A stretch of DNA of 64,000 nucleotides from the human T2T-CHM13v2.0 reference genome, Homo sapiens, in the NCBI RefSeq assembly GCF_009914755.1, contig NC_060925.1; one strand, given 5' to 3'. Positions 14,069 to 26,380 of this stretch are shown piece by piece (position 1 is the first letter of the stretch; each line of letters starts with the position of its first letter). Below the pieces are notes generated by a model. That model had not been told where the DNA came from, ran no database searches, and saw only the letters and a program-made list of their open reading frames with translations. A program made the translations under genes and the position numbers.

Positions 14069-15647
14069 CTAGGGGAGAGGAAATCCTACTCATTGGACTT
14101 TGAGTATTTCTAGTCCTAATGGCAAAGTTACTGCTGGAGGATACAGAGGATTTTAGCCAAAGACCTTTGAGTTTTCTGGTACCTTTGGCTAGCCCATTCC
14201 CAAGATGAGATGGGTGTATCAGGCCATATAGGCCTTATACGATTAACATTCTATTACACTATCTCCCCTCATTCTGATTCCATGCTCACTAGGCAACTTT
14301 CTCATTGTGATTTGGCTTCTCATATATGTCTGCCTACTAGGGGATAATGCACTTCTTCTATAAGCCTTGACTATGACATCTCTTGGTGAATAAATAGCCC
14401 CTGAATATCATTGAGTTGCCCATTTTCGTTTATTATCTAGAGAAAAATGAGCTTGTTTTGAGTTCGTTTAGTTAGCCTGGACAGTCTCACAAGATGTGAC
14501 TATTCCTGGACCCTGGCTAAAACAGGAAATCTCTGGGTCTTCAAAGTGGAGACCAGAGCCTAGAAAGTGTCAAACTAATTGACATAAGACTCAAGAAGTT
14601 CCTGCCTAACTGTAAGCAGTCTTCCCTGGATGAAGCACCACCACTTTTGGATTAATTTCTCTTGGTTTCTAGAAAACTATTATTAAATTAACTGAAATAA
14701 GATTTATGAAAAGTGCTTCAGAAACTGAAAAGCATATTAAGCAGATTAATATATTATTATTTTTAGAGTTGTATTTATACTTTTACTGTGAAACACAATC
14801 ACTTGTCTGAATTAATTTCTTAGTGTCAAGGTTATCTGTCAATTAAAAATAAAAATATCTTAATTTCATATATCTTGCGTTTCTTAAATGAAACATAATC
14901 ATTCCTTTGAACATAATGACAATTGTACTCATGTCGCAGGTTTTTTCTTAAGCTGGCAAAATTTTCTTCATTTTAGAAAAACTAACAATACTTTCCCTAA
15001 TTAGTGAATGTACTAATTCCTCCTCCCTATTTAAGTAACTCATGTTTCATGGTTACCATACCTCCTTCCTGTGCTCTATTAAAATAAGGGAAAATTATCT
15101 GAGATATAACCTTGAGAGGGTAGCAGAATCAAGCTCCTATGTGTGATAAACTCAGCATTTTTTAAAGATGGACATTCTATTCTTTCTATATTCAACCTTT
15201 TAAAAGTCAAACTTGAAGCAATTTCATACATTGATGGGAAAGTAAGTCGGCATGCAAATGCAAACCTATTCTTGGAAAGTTTCATTTTCTAGGTTTCATG
15301 CGTTTAAAATTTGGAAGAAGTCAACACTAGGTCTTTTCTGATAGAAGTTGTATCTGGTTCAGAAAAGTTTTCCCCTTTGTTTTTCAATCAGCCTTGTAAA
15401 CTAAGGAGAAATCACCATGCATTATTACCAATCTATTCTTTACTTTTTTGCTCAGTGACACAAATTACAGGCCTTCCCATTTGAGTAAGACATAATTAAT
15501 CACAAGTATGTAGTAAGTGTTTCATACATATACAATATAATTTTCACTGTGTAGATTTTAATCGAATATAATACCTTGACCACTGTAATAACCTATAATA
15601 ATCTACTCAAAAATTAAAATATATTTATTGATAAAAATAACATTTAC

Positions 15648-15806
15648 CCCAATGGGAAACAGAGCTTCATTTTCCAGCAATGAGGTTTTTGATCTGGACC
15701 TTGAAGTTACCTTTGGAACAGTTTCTACTGCAGGATTACTGGGAAGAGGCTGTAATCGAATTGGAGGCTGCATATTTCCTGGAGCAGTATATGGTCGAGG
15801 GGCTGT
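15648..15806 (-). CDS. ERICH3: ERICH3 coding exon 6 (TAPRPYTAPGNMQPPIRLQPLPSNPAVETVPKVTSRSRSKTSLLENEALFPIG), 159 nt
   Basis: Acceptor TTGTCTAG|ACA, donor GGG|GTAAAT; phase 0-0. Confidence 0.95.
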
Positions 15807-16429
15807 CTAGACAATTAGGGGAAAAAATTCCATTTAAATTAGTATCTTGACATGTTTCCAGAACCAATTAATAACCCAATAAATTGCCTAGAGTAATTAA
15901 TGGTGCCTTTTTACTGAACAGATTAAACTTTAATTATGTCCTTCCATTATACATACCCTTATGACCCAAAGTATTTGTTAAAACATATGGTGTTGAAGTC
16001 CTCTACATAACTAAATGCCACAATTATAGAGTATTCTAGACAAAGGAGATGTCCTCCATTACATTCCTGTATTTTCATTCATACTGCAAACTTGCTGACA
16101 ATAACTAATTTATGCTCTTCATGCAATGGCTTTGCTCAATTTAATGTTACGTTGAATAATGTTCCTATTTTAGGGGTCTAAAAGGATATTATTGGAATGG
16201 ACTCATTTCTGTCTAAATGTCTTCAATATAAACTCTACTCTGAATCTTTTAAGCCTTAAGACTGGTGCTGAAGTAAAAGCAGACAGTATAATTCAAACAA
16301 AAGAGGAAAGGAAATTCATTACAATTTATTCAATGGCATCCTTGAAATACTAGGAAAACAAAAATAAAAAAATTGTAACTGGCAACTTTGGAAAATGTAT
16401 ATAAAATTGGATATGTTTTCTATGCTAGA

Positions 16430-16890
16430 TATTTTCCATTTGTCCCTCTAGATCTACCATTCACCTTTTCTGGCCTGACCTAGACTCTGGGGGTCACTCC
16501 TTTCGGGACTACACCCACTAACCTCAGGACTGCAGCTGGAGTCCACTAGTGACAGGCACTAGCAAGAGATGAAATTAGGGTCTTTCTTCTCCTTGACTCA
16601 CCCTGCAGGGTCATAATGGGCCAGCTGGGTCCCTCTACCAAAGTCCACAGCTTCTACTGGGAAGCCCTCTCCCAGCTACAGGTACTAGCAGCTGGTTCTG
16701 GTGTCCAATTCCTCTGTTCCCCCATTAGGCCTGGGTGCTGTGGCTCCTGATATGCTGACCCTAGCATGCTTAGCATCCCTAGTTGGTTTTCCTTAGCCCT
16801 GCCTACTTCTTTGCAAATAGCTTTTTAAACACTTTCTAATTACACTGTTTGAGCCATCTGTCTACCTCCTGCTGAGCCACTGACTGATTC
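16430..16890. mobile_element. Old ERVL LTR (LTR33-like)
   Basis: Motifs tgtccctctagatctacc ... ctgtctacctcctgctgagccactgactgat; family from recall. Confidence 0.55.
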
Positions 16891-17005
16891 ATTTTCTAAT
16901 CAAGACTATACTGCAGCAAATGCCAAAAGTGCTTGTATAGTGCATTAGAAGTGCTTTTGGGGCATTGAAAGAATATTGTTAGTTTAGTATAAAGATTAGC
17001 AATGT

Positions 17006-17293
17006 GGCTGAGTGCAGCGGCTCACACCTATAATCCCAACACTTTGGGAGGCCATGGTGGGTAGAACACTTGAGCCCAGGAGTTGGAGATCGACCTGGGC
17101 AACATGGTGAAACCTTGTCTCTACAAAAAATGCAAAAATTAGCTGGGTATGATGATGTGTGCCAGCTACTCAGGAGTCTGAGGTGGGAGGTCACCTGAGC
17201 CCAGGCAGGTCGAGTCTGCAGTGAACTGGGACTGTGCCACTGCACTTCAGCCTGGGCCACAGAGTGGGATGCTGTCTCAGAAAAAAAAAAAAA
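17006..17293 (+). mobile_element. Full-length AluJ-like SINE
   Basis: Two arms, A tail, target-site duplication aaagattagcaatgt at 16991 and 17291. Confidence 0.95.
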
Positions 17294-20200
17294 GATTAGC
17301 AATGTGTCAAAAGTAGAATACATCAGACTTTTGACCCAATTGTTCTAATGCAATAAAATAGTAGAAAGTCTATCAAGAATTGTACATATATATTTAGGAA
17401 GGAGGATGAGAAGGATGGTATATAAGTGACTAATGAAAAGGGTTTAATACATACACTTTAAAGAATGGTGAACAACAAATATTCAGCTCTGGAAAAGTGT
17501 GTGTAAATACTTTAAAAAATGATGATAAGGCAGCTCCTACTACCAAAAACCAGCCTTAGAAGTTAGGCTTGAGAAGCATGTCATATGTTGCTAAATCTCT
17601 GATTTTGTTAAGTCAACATTTATTGAATTCCCACCATAGAAACCGTGAGAACATAAAAAGTAATTTTTAACATCTAATGGCAACACAAAACAACTAGTGT
17701 CAAATGAACCACACAAATACTGCCAAACAGACAATAAAATACCTGAGACCAGAACTTAGAAGTAAAAGTTCTTAGAATCTTTAGGGTAAGCCAAAGAGGC
17801 TAATACAACTTAAAGTTCCACAGAAGCAGTTAGATTTTATCCCAATGGTAAACAAGAGAAGAAAGTGGATAAGCAGAGAAGAAGGATAAATTTGAATATC
17901 CGACTGGGAAGAAAGCTGGTTGTGAGCAAGACATGGGAAGAGTAGCAAAGATAATATTCCCCAATATCTGTTTTCTTTTCTTCACTGGGAACATGGTTAT
18001 TATGAATAAAGATGACATTTCCCAGCATCCCTTGTAATTCTGTGTAGATGTATGTCTCAGTTTTGGCCAATAAGATGAGAGCAGAAGTGACACATGAGAC
18101 TTCCAGGTCATGTGCTTAGAGAGAAGATATGTGCTCTCACTTTACCTCTTCCCTCTGGTGAAATATCCAAACGGCGATATACCATCTTGGCTTTTATGGA
18201 TAAATGCAACACCCTAAGTTTGGCAGATCAGCAACACAAAGGGAGTCTGGGCTTTTGATGACTTCACAGAGTTAAGATAGCATGCCAGCTGAGACTCATG
18301 GATATGCTGAGATGGGGAGGAGACCCTTTTGTTTATGCCAATGTTATTATATTTACAGTTTTCATACACAAACCTATGTCACAACCAATATGAGAAGCCA
18401 AGTGGATTGACTAAAGCAGGATTTGGTTTAAAGAAACAAAAAATAAGCCTATATGGTCCAAAAGGTAAAAGGTCTTATAACCCACAAAGAGAAATTAGAA
18501 CTGAGGTTTCTGAAAAAAGGAATCAGATCACCCAAAAGAATTCTTTTGAACTTTGTAAAACAAACATGCCTCAAGGATCTCTCCTGTCAAATAATCCAAC
18601 TGAACACAAAAACTTGAAAAATCTGTTGTCGAAATTTAAGAGAACAGTTTACTGCAAACTAGAACATGATCTATTGGCTGTTGTGCTCTAAATTTTACTT
18701 CCCTACATTTGCATATAGATATCATTCAGTTAGATGAATGTGGTAGTCAAATGTTTAACTGATTACATTTATCTCTAAAAGCAAATCTGCACCATTAACT
18801 AACAGCTGTGAGCTACAAATTGTTGTAGTTCACATCAGAAGCCACCTTAAATTCACTATATTTTAAATTGTGTGTAATATATTTTCTTGGAATAAATATG
18901 GCATTGTAGCTTAACATTCTGAAAACCATACCAGAATATGAATTGAAATTAACTACCTGGTGATTACTTAGCTTAGCTGAGCATTTCTAATTCTTAGTAG
19001 AAGATCAGTGTGGGTGAATGTTCCAAGCATATGCAGAATTAGCTGAAATGATTTTCCATCGTTTTAATGGGAGTGGTGCAGCTAAAAATCTGTATACTAT
19101 TTTGAAAGTTTAGGTTACCAAGGGCACTAACATTGTATTGGATGCTTTCCTTATTCACTTAAAAAAGTTAAAAAAGAAAAAAATCAATGGCAAGATCTCA
19201 AAAGGATTATTATCTTCATCTCAGGGACACTTGGAGATCATGAGTCAAATTTAAAGAATATGTATCCAGATGGAAAAAAAAGGGAGGGGGATTTGGATTT
19301 CTGTAAAATGGGACCTATTTAATTCCAAGATCACAATAGGTATCCCTTACGGTGCAAAAGCACCATCAGGGCGGGCCACATGAAGAATCCTGGCTTACCA
19401 GAGAGAAAGGTTTTTGAAGCTGGTGTCAGTGTTTCCTGTAATTTTAAAATTACTTTTTCACTCCTACCACATTAAGATCTGCTGGATGTATCATAAACTA
19501 TTTATTGAGGGTGTTCAGCTGGAAAATTGAAAAGAAAGCCTTTCAAGGATTTTTCCTCTCTGAAACAGGTGGGAAGACTGAAAACAGCACTTGATTGTTT
19601 CTTTTGTTTCACTCAGGTTAAGCTTTTGAGAGTCTAGTGAATTTGCCATCCAATAAAAGAATTTGTATACATATATATTCAAATCAAACCTGGAAATAGG
19701 GTGACAACAAAGGAAAGATGGTTGCTTTTCATCATTTGAGCTGTTCATCAAGAAATGTCAAAACATATTTACCCTTTGAAAAATGTCAAAGCTTAACACT
19801 ATATGTGATGAACCTACTTCAACAATCTGTGAAAGCATTGCAATTTCTCCATAAATATTTTGCAAATCAGAAAAAGTACATGTTAACAAGGAAATATATT
19901 AGGCTACATAAAGCAAGAATAAAGACATAATCAAGCAATTTATTTACAACTTAAACCATCAACCTCCAGCAAATGTTTTATAAATCTTTTCCTGTATCTA
20001 TATTATTTCAAGGTACTTTACCTTCCCTCAAGCAAACACCACTTTTAGATTAGAAATGAATCAACCTGGAATAAAATATCAGTGTTTAGTTTCTTCAGAT
20101 AGAATTTCTGTACATTTAATTATTTTTATTTTAGAGTATGTGCACAGACTTTTAATAAAAGAAGCTCAAATGTTAGTATTTAGCCCAATATGCTACATGG

Positions 20201-20699
20201 TACCATTGAATATGTAGAGATAAGGTGGAAGTAGAAGGAACAGCAAGAAAAAATCCAGAGGTCAGAAAATATAGAATATGTATAGTGGTCCCATTTTGCT
20301 GCATTGAAGGGTGCTAAAGAGTAATCATGCAGAAAAAATTTGGAATAGCTAATTTGAGGTCATATGGTTTAGGGTCTTAAATGTCACCTGAGAGTCTGAG
20401 CTTTTCTGTAGGGAATACAGGCCAGAGAAAGTATTTGGGTGTATAAATAACATAAGTAATCTGGACTTCCAGAAAACTAATCTAGCATTAACAAGCAAAA
20501 TTGATTTGGCAGTAGTGATATTGACTAGAAGTGAGATATTCAGAAGAGACAGAGTTGAACAGATATAAGACTATATTTTCATTCAGTAGGACTGGCAGCA
20601 TTACGGAGTCATGCTCCCAGAGAGTATCCCTTCTGAGAATAAGAAATAATAAATTAATTAGCTGGGATACTGCATGACGAAGTGTTTAATATTACTCAC

Positions 20700-20828
20700 C
20701 AGTGCTAACGGACTGGAATGTCCTTCATCAACCAGAACACTATGGCCACGATTACTCTTTGGGCCAACTGGTGGGTGGGGAGACAGGATTGGCATGTTAT
20801 TTTCAACAGACCTTCTTGTGTGCTCTCC
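20700..20828 (-). CDS. ERICH3: ERICH3 coding exon 5 (GEHTRRSVENNMPILSPHPPVGPKSNRGHSVLVDEGHSSPLAL), 129 nt
   Basis: Acceptor TTTCTTATTCTAG|GGA, donor CTG|GTGAGT; phase 0-0. Confidence 0.95.
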
Positions 20829-22395
20829 CTAGAATAAGAAAGCAATTTAGCAAATAGATGCATAGTTAGTAATCTAGGTTAGATTATGCATGACATGTGC
20901 GAAATACTATATGACTAAAGAAATTCTTTCTCATTTCTTCCAAGAGTTACTTTTGTTAAGGAGTTAGGTGTGGTGGTAAGGCAAGAAATTGAGTCGGCTT
21001 TAGTTGTGCTCAAAGAAATAACTGCAAAAGCAGTGTATCCTCCATTTTAGCAATAATATTTGTTAATTTGCTTCAAGCAGATCACTACAAAAGGCATAAT
21101 GAGCTTTACTACTGCGATCAGTAGACTACCAGAAATAGTACTTTTCTATCTTAGAAAATAAATAATTCCATTAGGCAAAAAGTGTTCCATGTTTTAAAAA
21201 AATGAGAGCTAAAATATATCTTGTGCCAAATTCAGTAATAAAGTGAAAATTGTTCAAATAAAAATCATATGAAGAGGCACAAGGGTAGCAAATCTCTGAC
21301 AATGCTACAATATGCCCATGTACTTCCTTTAGTGGGTCTGGCTACCTGGGCAAGGGTGAATAACACACAGCAACTTTTCCTGCTTCATGCAGTGTGAGTG
21401 ACTCTTTTTTTCCAGTAACCACATTTTCTCCATCAACATTTCAGCAGATAAATTACAGAATCTATGACTCAGTCCTTGATGTAGGGCAATATTGGCAAAG
21501 TTGGATTAACCACAAATCTCTACACACCAACTCTTTGATCTTGGACCCATCTTCTGTCATTTGAAAACATTTTTGTAACAAAATTATCTTCTCACCCTGA
21601 TAAAATAGACCTGAGTCCATCAGGCAAGGGTGAAAAATTACTGTCTTTTATGGCAAATTATTCTACAGAAGCTTTACAAATATTCATCAGTTTGTGAAAC
21701 GTATCTTAGGCCACACATTTGTAATACTACAGTACACAGAAAATTAAGAACAACATGTGATTACAAATGACTTAAGAAACTGAGTAAAACTGCCAACCTA
21801 AATGGAAATCTTGAATTTAACTGAATATCTCATCTCTTGATTCAAGTTTATATTTCCTGAGTTCACTGCAAAGAAGATATATTTAAAAAATAGAAAACAA
21901 ACAAAGAATTTTAAAATGCATTTTACAAAATCTACACTTTATCATGCTTTCTTTTGCTAAAGAGGATCCTTTCCACCGTATATTTCCAAGGGTCACATTC
22001 AAATGAAAATGTGTCATTGTATCATTCCTAAAAAGCCCTGTTTTCCATCAGGTTGGAAACACTACCATCCATTTTTACCTTCTTAAGACACAAACAAAAA
22101 TCCCTTGGCCTCTATCACAAGAATATATAAAAGCAAAATTTCAAGAACATTTTCAAGTTTGTCTTTGAAAGGTTTGTGCCTCATTAAAATTTATTTTGTA
22201 CAAACAGCTCCTATATTTGTCACAATCTTCTGTAATGATGATGGCTAAGATTTAGGCTTGGTGAACCATCATTGACTTCAACTATGTTTTAACCAAAAGT
22301 AAAGTGTCCCAGGGAACTGGAATCATAGTTTCACTGTTTTTTTTAAAATCATAAAATAATACTATGAAGTAAAAGAGAGTTATATAACTCCTTAC

Positions 22396-22467
22396 CTTAA
22401 ACCTCTGGATTCGCTCCTTCCTAGCTAAGGTCTCCAATTTCTTTTTTATTTCAAGCTGATGGTAACG
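22396..22467 (-). CDS. ERICH3: ERICH3 coding exon 4 (RYHQLEIKKKLETLARKERIQRFK), 72 nt
   Basis: Acceptor TGCTTAG|CGT, donor AAG|GTAAGG; phase 0-0. Confidence 0.95.
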
Positions 22468-23479
22468 CTAAGCATACAGGAAAGAATAAAGGAGAGAATC
22501 ATATCAGTTATAGCAAAGACCAGTTTAGAGGAAAATAATTCCAACAGCTAACTATATTCTCAATTAGTCCTCTTGTCATTGAGATGGAGAAGAATCATCT
22601 GCATCAGTGCACAAGTGGGAATGTAAATTGGTGCAACTATTTGGAAATTCAATTTTGAACATATATTAAGCAGTTAAAAGTGTTCATAACCTTTAACCCT
22701 TAAATTTCACTTCTAAACCTGTGGGAAATCTAAGTAATTTTAAAAAATGTCTTATGCACAAAGATGCTATCTGAAAGATTTTTTTTCCTTTTTCTTCAAG
22801 GCAAAAAAAAATGCAGAAACAATATGAACTATAAAGAGAATGGCTATATTTCTGGCACATCCATATGATGGAATAAAATATAATTGATCATTTAAATAAG
22901 GTTCATACAGATTTTGTTTAAAAAATGGACAATGCACATAATGCAGGATAAAAGCAGGATACAGAATTTCACAGAAATACAATTTAATTTATCAAGCTCA
23001 TATTGTGTATCTGTCCCTGTGCTAGGAAGGTGCTTCACATACATTATTTCTTCTTGAACAACTCTAATTGCCAAGCCACCCTATTTTACAAACAAAGGCA
23101 CTGAAGCAGAGGATAATGAACTTGCGCCAGGTCATATACCCAGCCAGGGGAGGAGCTGTAATTTCAACCTTGGCCTATCTGACACTAGCTTCCTGTTTTT
23201 CGCTTGTTTTTTCACAAAACCTTGTTGTCCCTGTCACAACATAGTATGAGTTTACTAAGGTAAAAATATGAATAGAAAAGAGACTAGAAAGAAATGCATG
23301 TTAACAGCCGTTGTCTCTGAAAGGAGGAATTGTATGTAATTATTTTCCTTTTTTATGCTTTTCCCCCCAAGTTTTTGTAATATATTATTCTATAATTTAA
23401 AAATAAGCCCCATGTAAAAATAATCTGCTTAAAAGGCAAATTGAAATTAATTAGACATATTTGAGAGTGTTTTATTCAT

Positions 23480-24680
23480 TGGCCCTTTGAAAAAATGTTT
23501 CCCCTCTGTTCTTGGTTCCCTCCTGCTGCCTTAGGAACCCTGCAGACTCAATAATTCCCTATCATCAATCCTCTTCTTAACACTTCCCTTTCCTCTCTCT
23601 CTTCCTCTGATCTCCTACCCACTTATCATCAAACTGTTCAATTCACTATCAACCTTTTTCCACCTTCCATTTATTCCCAACTCACTGTAGTCATCCACAT
23701 CTACTGACTTGCCACTTCCCTACTGCTGAAACTACTTTTGCCAAGTCCACCAATGTTTTTGTCTTCTGGGTCAAACCTAATTTCCTTTTGTTCCCCCAGT
23801 GCTCATCTTATTTGACCATTCTGCAGCTTGTGAGAACCTTCCAGCTTCCAGGACACCATGCTAACAGGCATGTTTTTGACCTCTTGAAGGTTCCTTTTCA
23901 GCCCATGCTGTTGTTCTTGATCTCCTACAGTGCACATACCTCCAACCAGGTGAGAAAATCTTTCTTCTGAGCTCTTTCTTCTCCCTCACTCCTTCACATT
24001 CAGTCAGCTTAAATCTTTCTCCCACTTCAGCTTCTCTGTAGACAGCTGCGTCTCCCAGCATTACCACTACTGCTATTAGCCTACACCCTTTGGCAATAGC
24101 TTCCTAATTGACCTCCCACCTCCAATCTTTTCCAGCTCATTAATCCATCTTCCACATTTTTAGCAACATCATCTTTCTAAAACAGCTCTGCTCATTTCTT
24201 TTACTCCCCTGCTGAAAAACATTTCATCGCCTCATCACCTACACCCCAAACTTAGTTGAGAATTTAAGGCTCTCCAGAGACTGGGTACCAACTTGTTGGA
24301 GAGTGTCACTTCCTGCCACTCTTGCCAACTAACCCACTGTGCAGTCTGGCCTCAGTGAGGGTTCCTTTCCATCTACTATGTCCTTTCACACCTCTGCAAC
24401 TTCTGAGGTCTGGAACACCTTTCCCACATTTTCACAGGATCCCTCACTCGTCTTGAAACAGCAAGACCTCCGTTCAGTTTCCTCTGACTCCCACAGAGAA
24501 AAGTCATCCTCCTCTTCTTTTCTGAACTCACTCTATTCGTTCCTCTCTTCTAGCACTTAGTCACATTCTACAGTATTTTTTTTTAATCCTACCTTGCAGC
24601 TTCAACACACAGCCTCATACTGGCACATGGTAAACCTGCAATTATGGCTTGTTGCATGAGTGAATGCATGAATGTGAATA
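23480..24680. mobile_element. L2 LINE 3' region, degraded
   Basis: Pyrimidine-rich L2-like sequence ending in tgagtgaatgcatgaatg; boundaries approximate. Confidence 0.6.
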
Positions 24681-26036
24681 CAGCAGTATTAGCAAGGAGC
24701 ATCAGCATAAACTAAATGTGAGATAAATGTGACAATTTAAAGATAAATATTGTTTTTTTCTATTATGTTTATATATTATTTATTCTATTATGTAACAATT
24801 ATGTTATTTAATATATTACATATTAACATTTATCTAAAATATTTATTCAAAACTAGGAATCCACAAAGATTTAAATAATAGCATATTCAACAGTTATGAT
24901 GTGTCACAGGGTGTTAAGTGAGATTTTGGAAAACTAGGCTTCAAGGATTAAGGCTAACAGAGAACTCAGTGCCTATTGAGTAAATTTGAAACAAGGTATT
25001 AATTTTATGTTTTATTAATTTTATTTATTTTTTCACAGAAAAATTACAGCTAATACTTTTATAAGCAAGAATTTAGGGCCAAAAACAACAATTCTATGTA
25101 ATTCATGGACATGATATGAAGCAAAAAGTGAATTCCTAAATTAACAGATCATACACATCTTAAGTGAACACTTCATCTACCTAATGTAGCATAATAATAA
25201 ATATTTTCAGTGGCACTAGACTTCATATTGGTTTACTGATGATTCTACAGTTGTTCATAAATGTTTACTGCACTCACAGGTCAATGGTTTTATGAGCCCA
25301 GTTTTCTGATTTACTGCTTGTATGGTCAAGCCAAGAAGTGACATGCTTTTTCAGAGACTAAAATGGTGTTGATGCTTGAAACTACAAGTTCCATGGAGCA
25401 AGGCTGAAATAATTTATCAAATTAGCTAGATATCCCATTAAGATACCCTGTCAGATTAAAAAAAATATGTTGTTGATGCTTGGTTTGTGCATCTATGTTG
25501 ACCAGAGTGGCCTACGGTAGGAGGGACAGCAGATGTTAAAATGCCTATTCCTTGAAATGTAACATACGGCTGAGCTTCAGAGCCTTAAAAGAATAACAGA
25601 TCTGAAATAATTCATGGCAATGGAATTACTGATATTTAAACAGATGTCACCTTTTTTAGCAAATGGAAATTGAGGTACAGATGGTGAGGGCTGGTATGTT
25701 TTAGAGTAGCCATTGTAAATGAAAAATGTACATTTGGAAAATTAAATATCACAAAATATATAATGATGTCCATATTTTTCTCCAACTGAAATGAAGAAAA
25801 GCTTACGCTAGACTTCTGGCTCCTGGCTACCCAGAGAGATATTGAGTATTTCTTTCATTTTCTTTTTTAATGAAATGCAGAAAGAATCTCTCTTTTTCTA
25901 GGTACAAAAGCATTATTAATTATCATATTAGACAAAATCAATTACAAAGAAAATAGTAAAGATTTATACCTCCATCTTCAGTGATGTGGAAGTAGAAAAA
26001 AATAAAATAAAATAAAAAATAAGTATATATTTTTAC

Positions 26037-26162
26037 CTCCATATCAAGAACTTTATGAAAAATTGCCTGGGCTAAGCATTCCCGGATATATTTTTGATGA
26101 TCCCGCTTCATCATATTTAGTTTATATTCTTTTTCAGAAAGTATTCTTCCACTTCTTGTGAT
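26037..26162 (-). CDS. ERICH3: ERICH3 coding exon 3 (ITRSGRILSEKEYKLNMMKRDHQKYIRECLAQAIFHKVLDME), 126 nt
   Basis: Acceptor ATGACAG|ATC, donor GAG|GTAAAA; open frame, phase 0-0. Confidence 0.95.
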
Positions 26163-26249
26163 CTGTCATGAATAAATAAAATATACATAGAAATATAAAA
26201 TAGAAAATGTGGTGTTAGTTTCCAAAAAAGGGAGGCTGGAGGGTGGAGA

Positions 26250-26380
26250 AGACAGACAGACACACACACACACACACACACACACAGAGAGAGAAAGAGA
26301 GAGAGAGAGGCATTGGGGAGGCAGGGAGGGAGAGAGAGAAAAAAAAAAAAAACGAGAGGGGAGAAAGAGGGAGAGAAAGC
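26250..26380. repeat. Compound (CA)13/(GA)n/poly-A microsatellite
   Basis: Directly visible. Confidence 0.9.

Noticed and set aside
4146-17293. Oppositely oriented Alu pair as an A-to-I editing or circRNA substrate
   Set aside because: About 12.6 kb apart and both old and diverged, so duplex formation is unlikely
18329-18691. 120-aa plus-strand ORF
   Set aside because: Begins in old LTR-like sequence, no recognisable domain or supporting gene structure
19399-19435. Possible 37-nt minus-strand exon (TTACAG|...CTG|GTAAGC)
   Set aside because: Poor polypyrimidine tract and frameshifting; such pseudo-exons are common by chance
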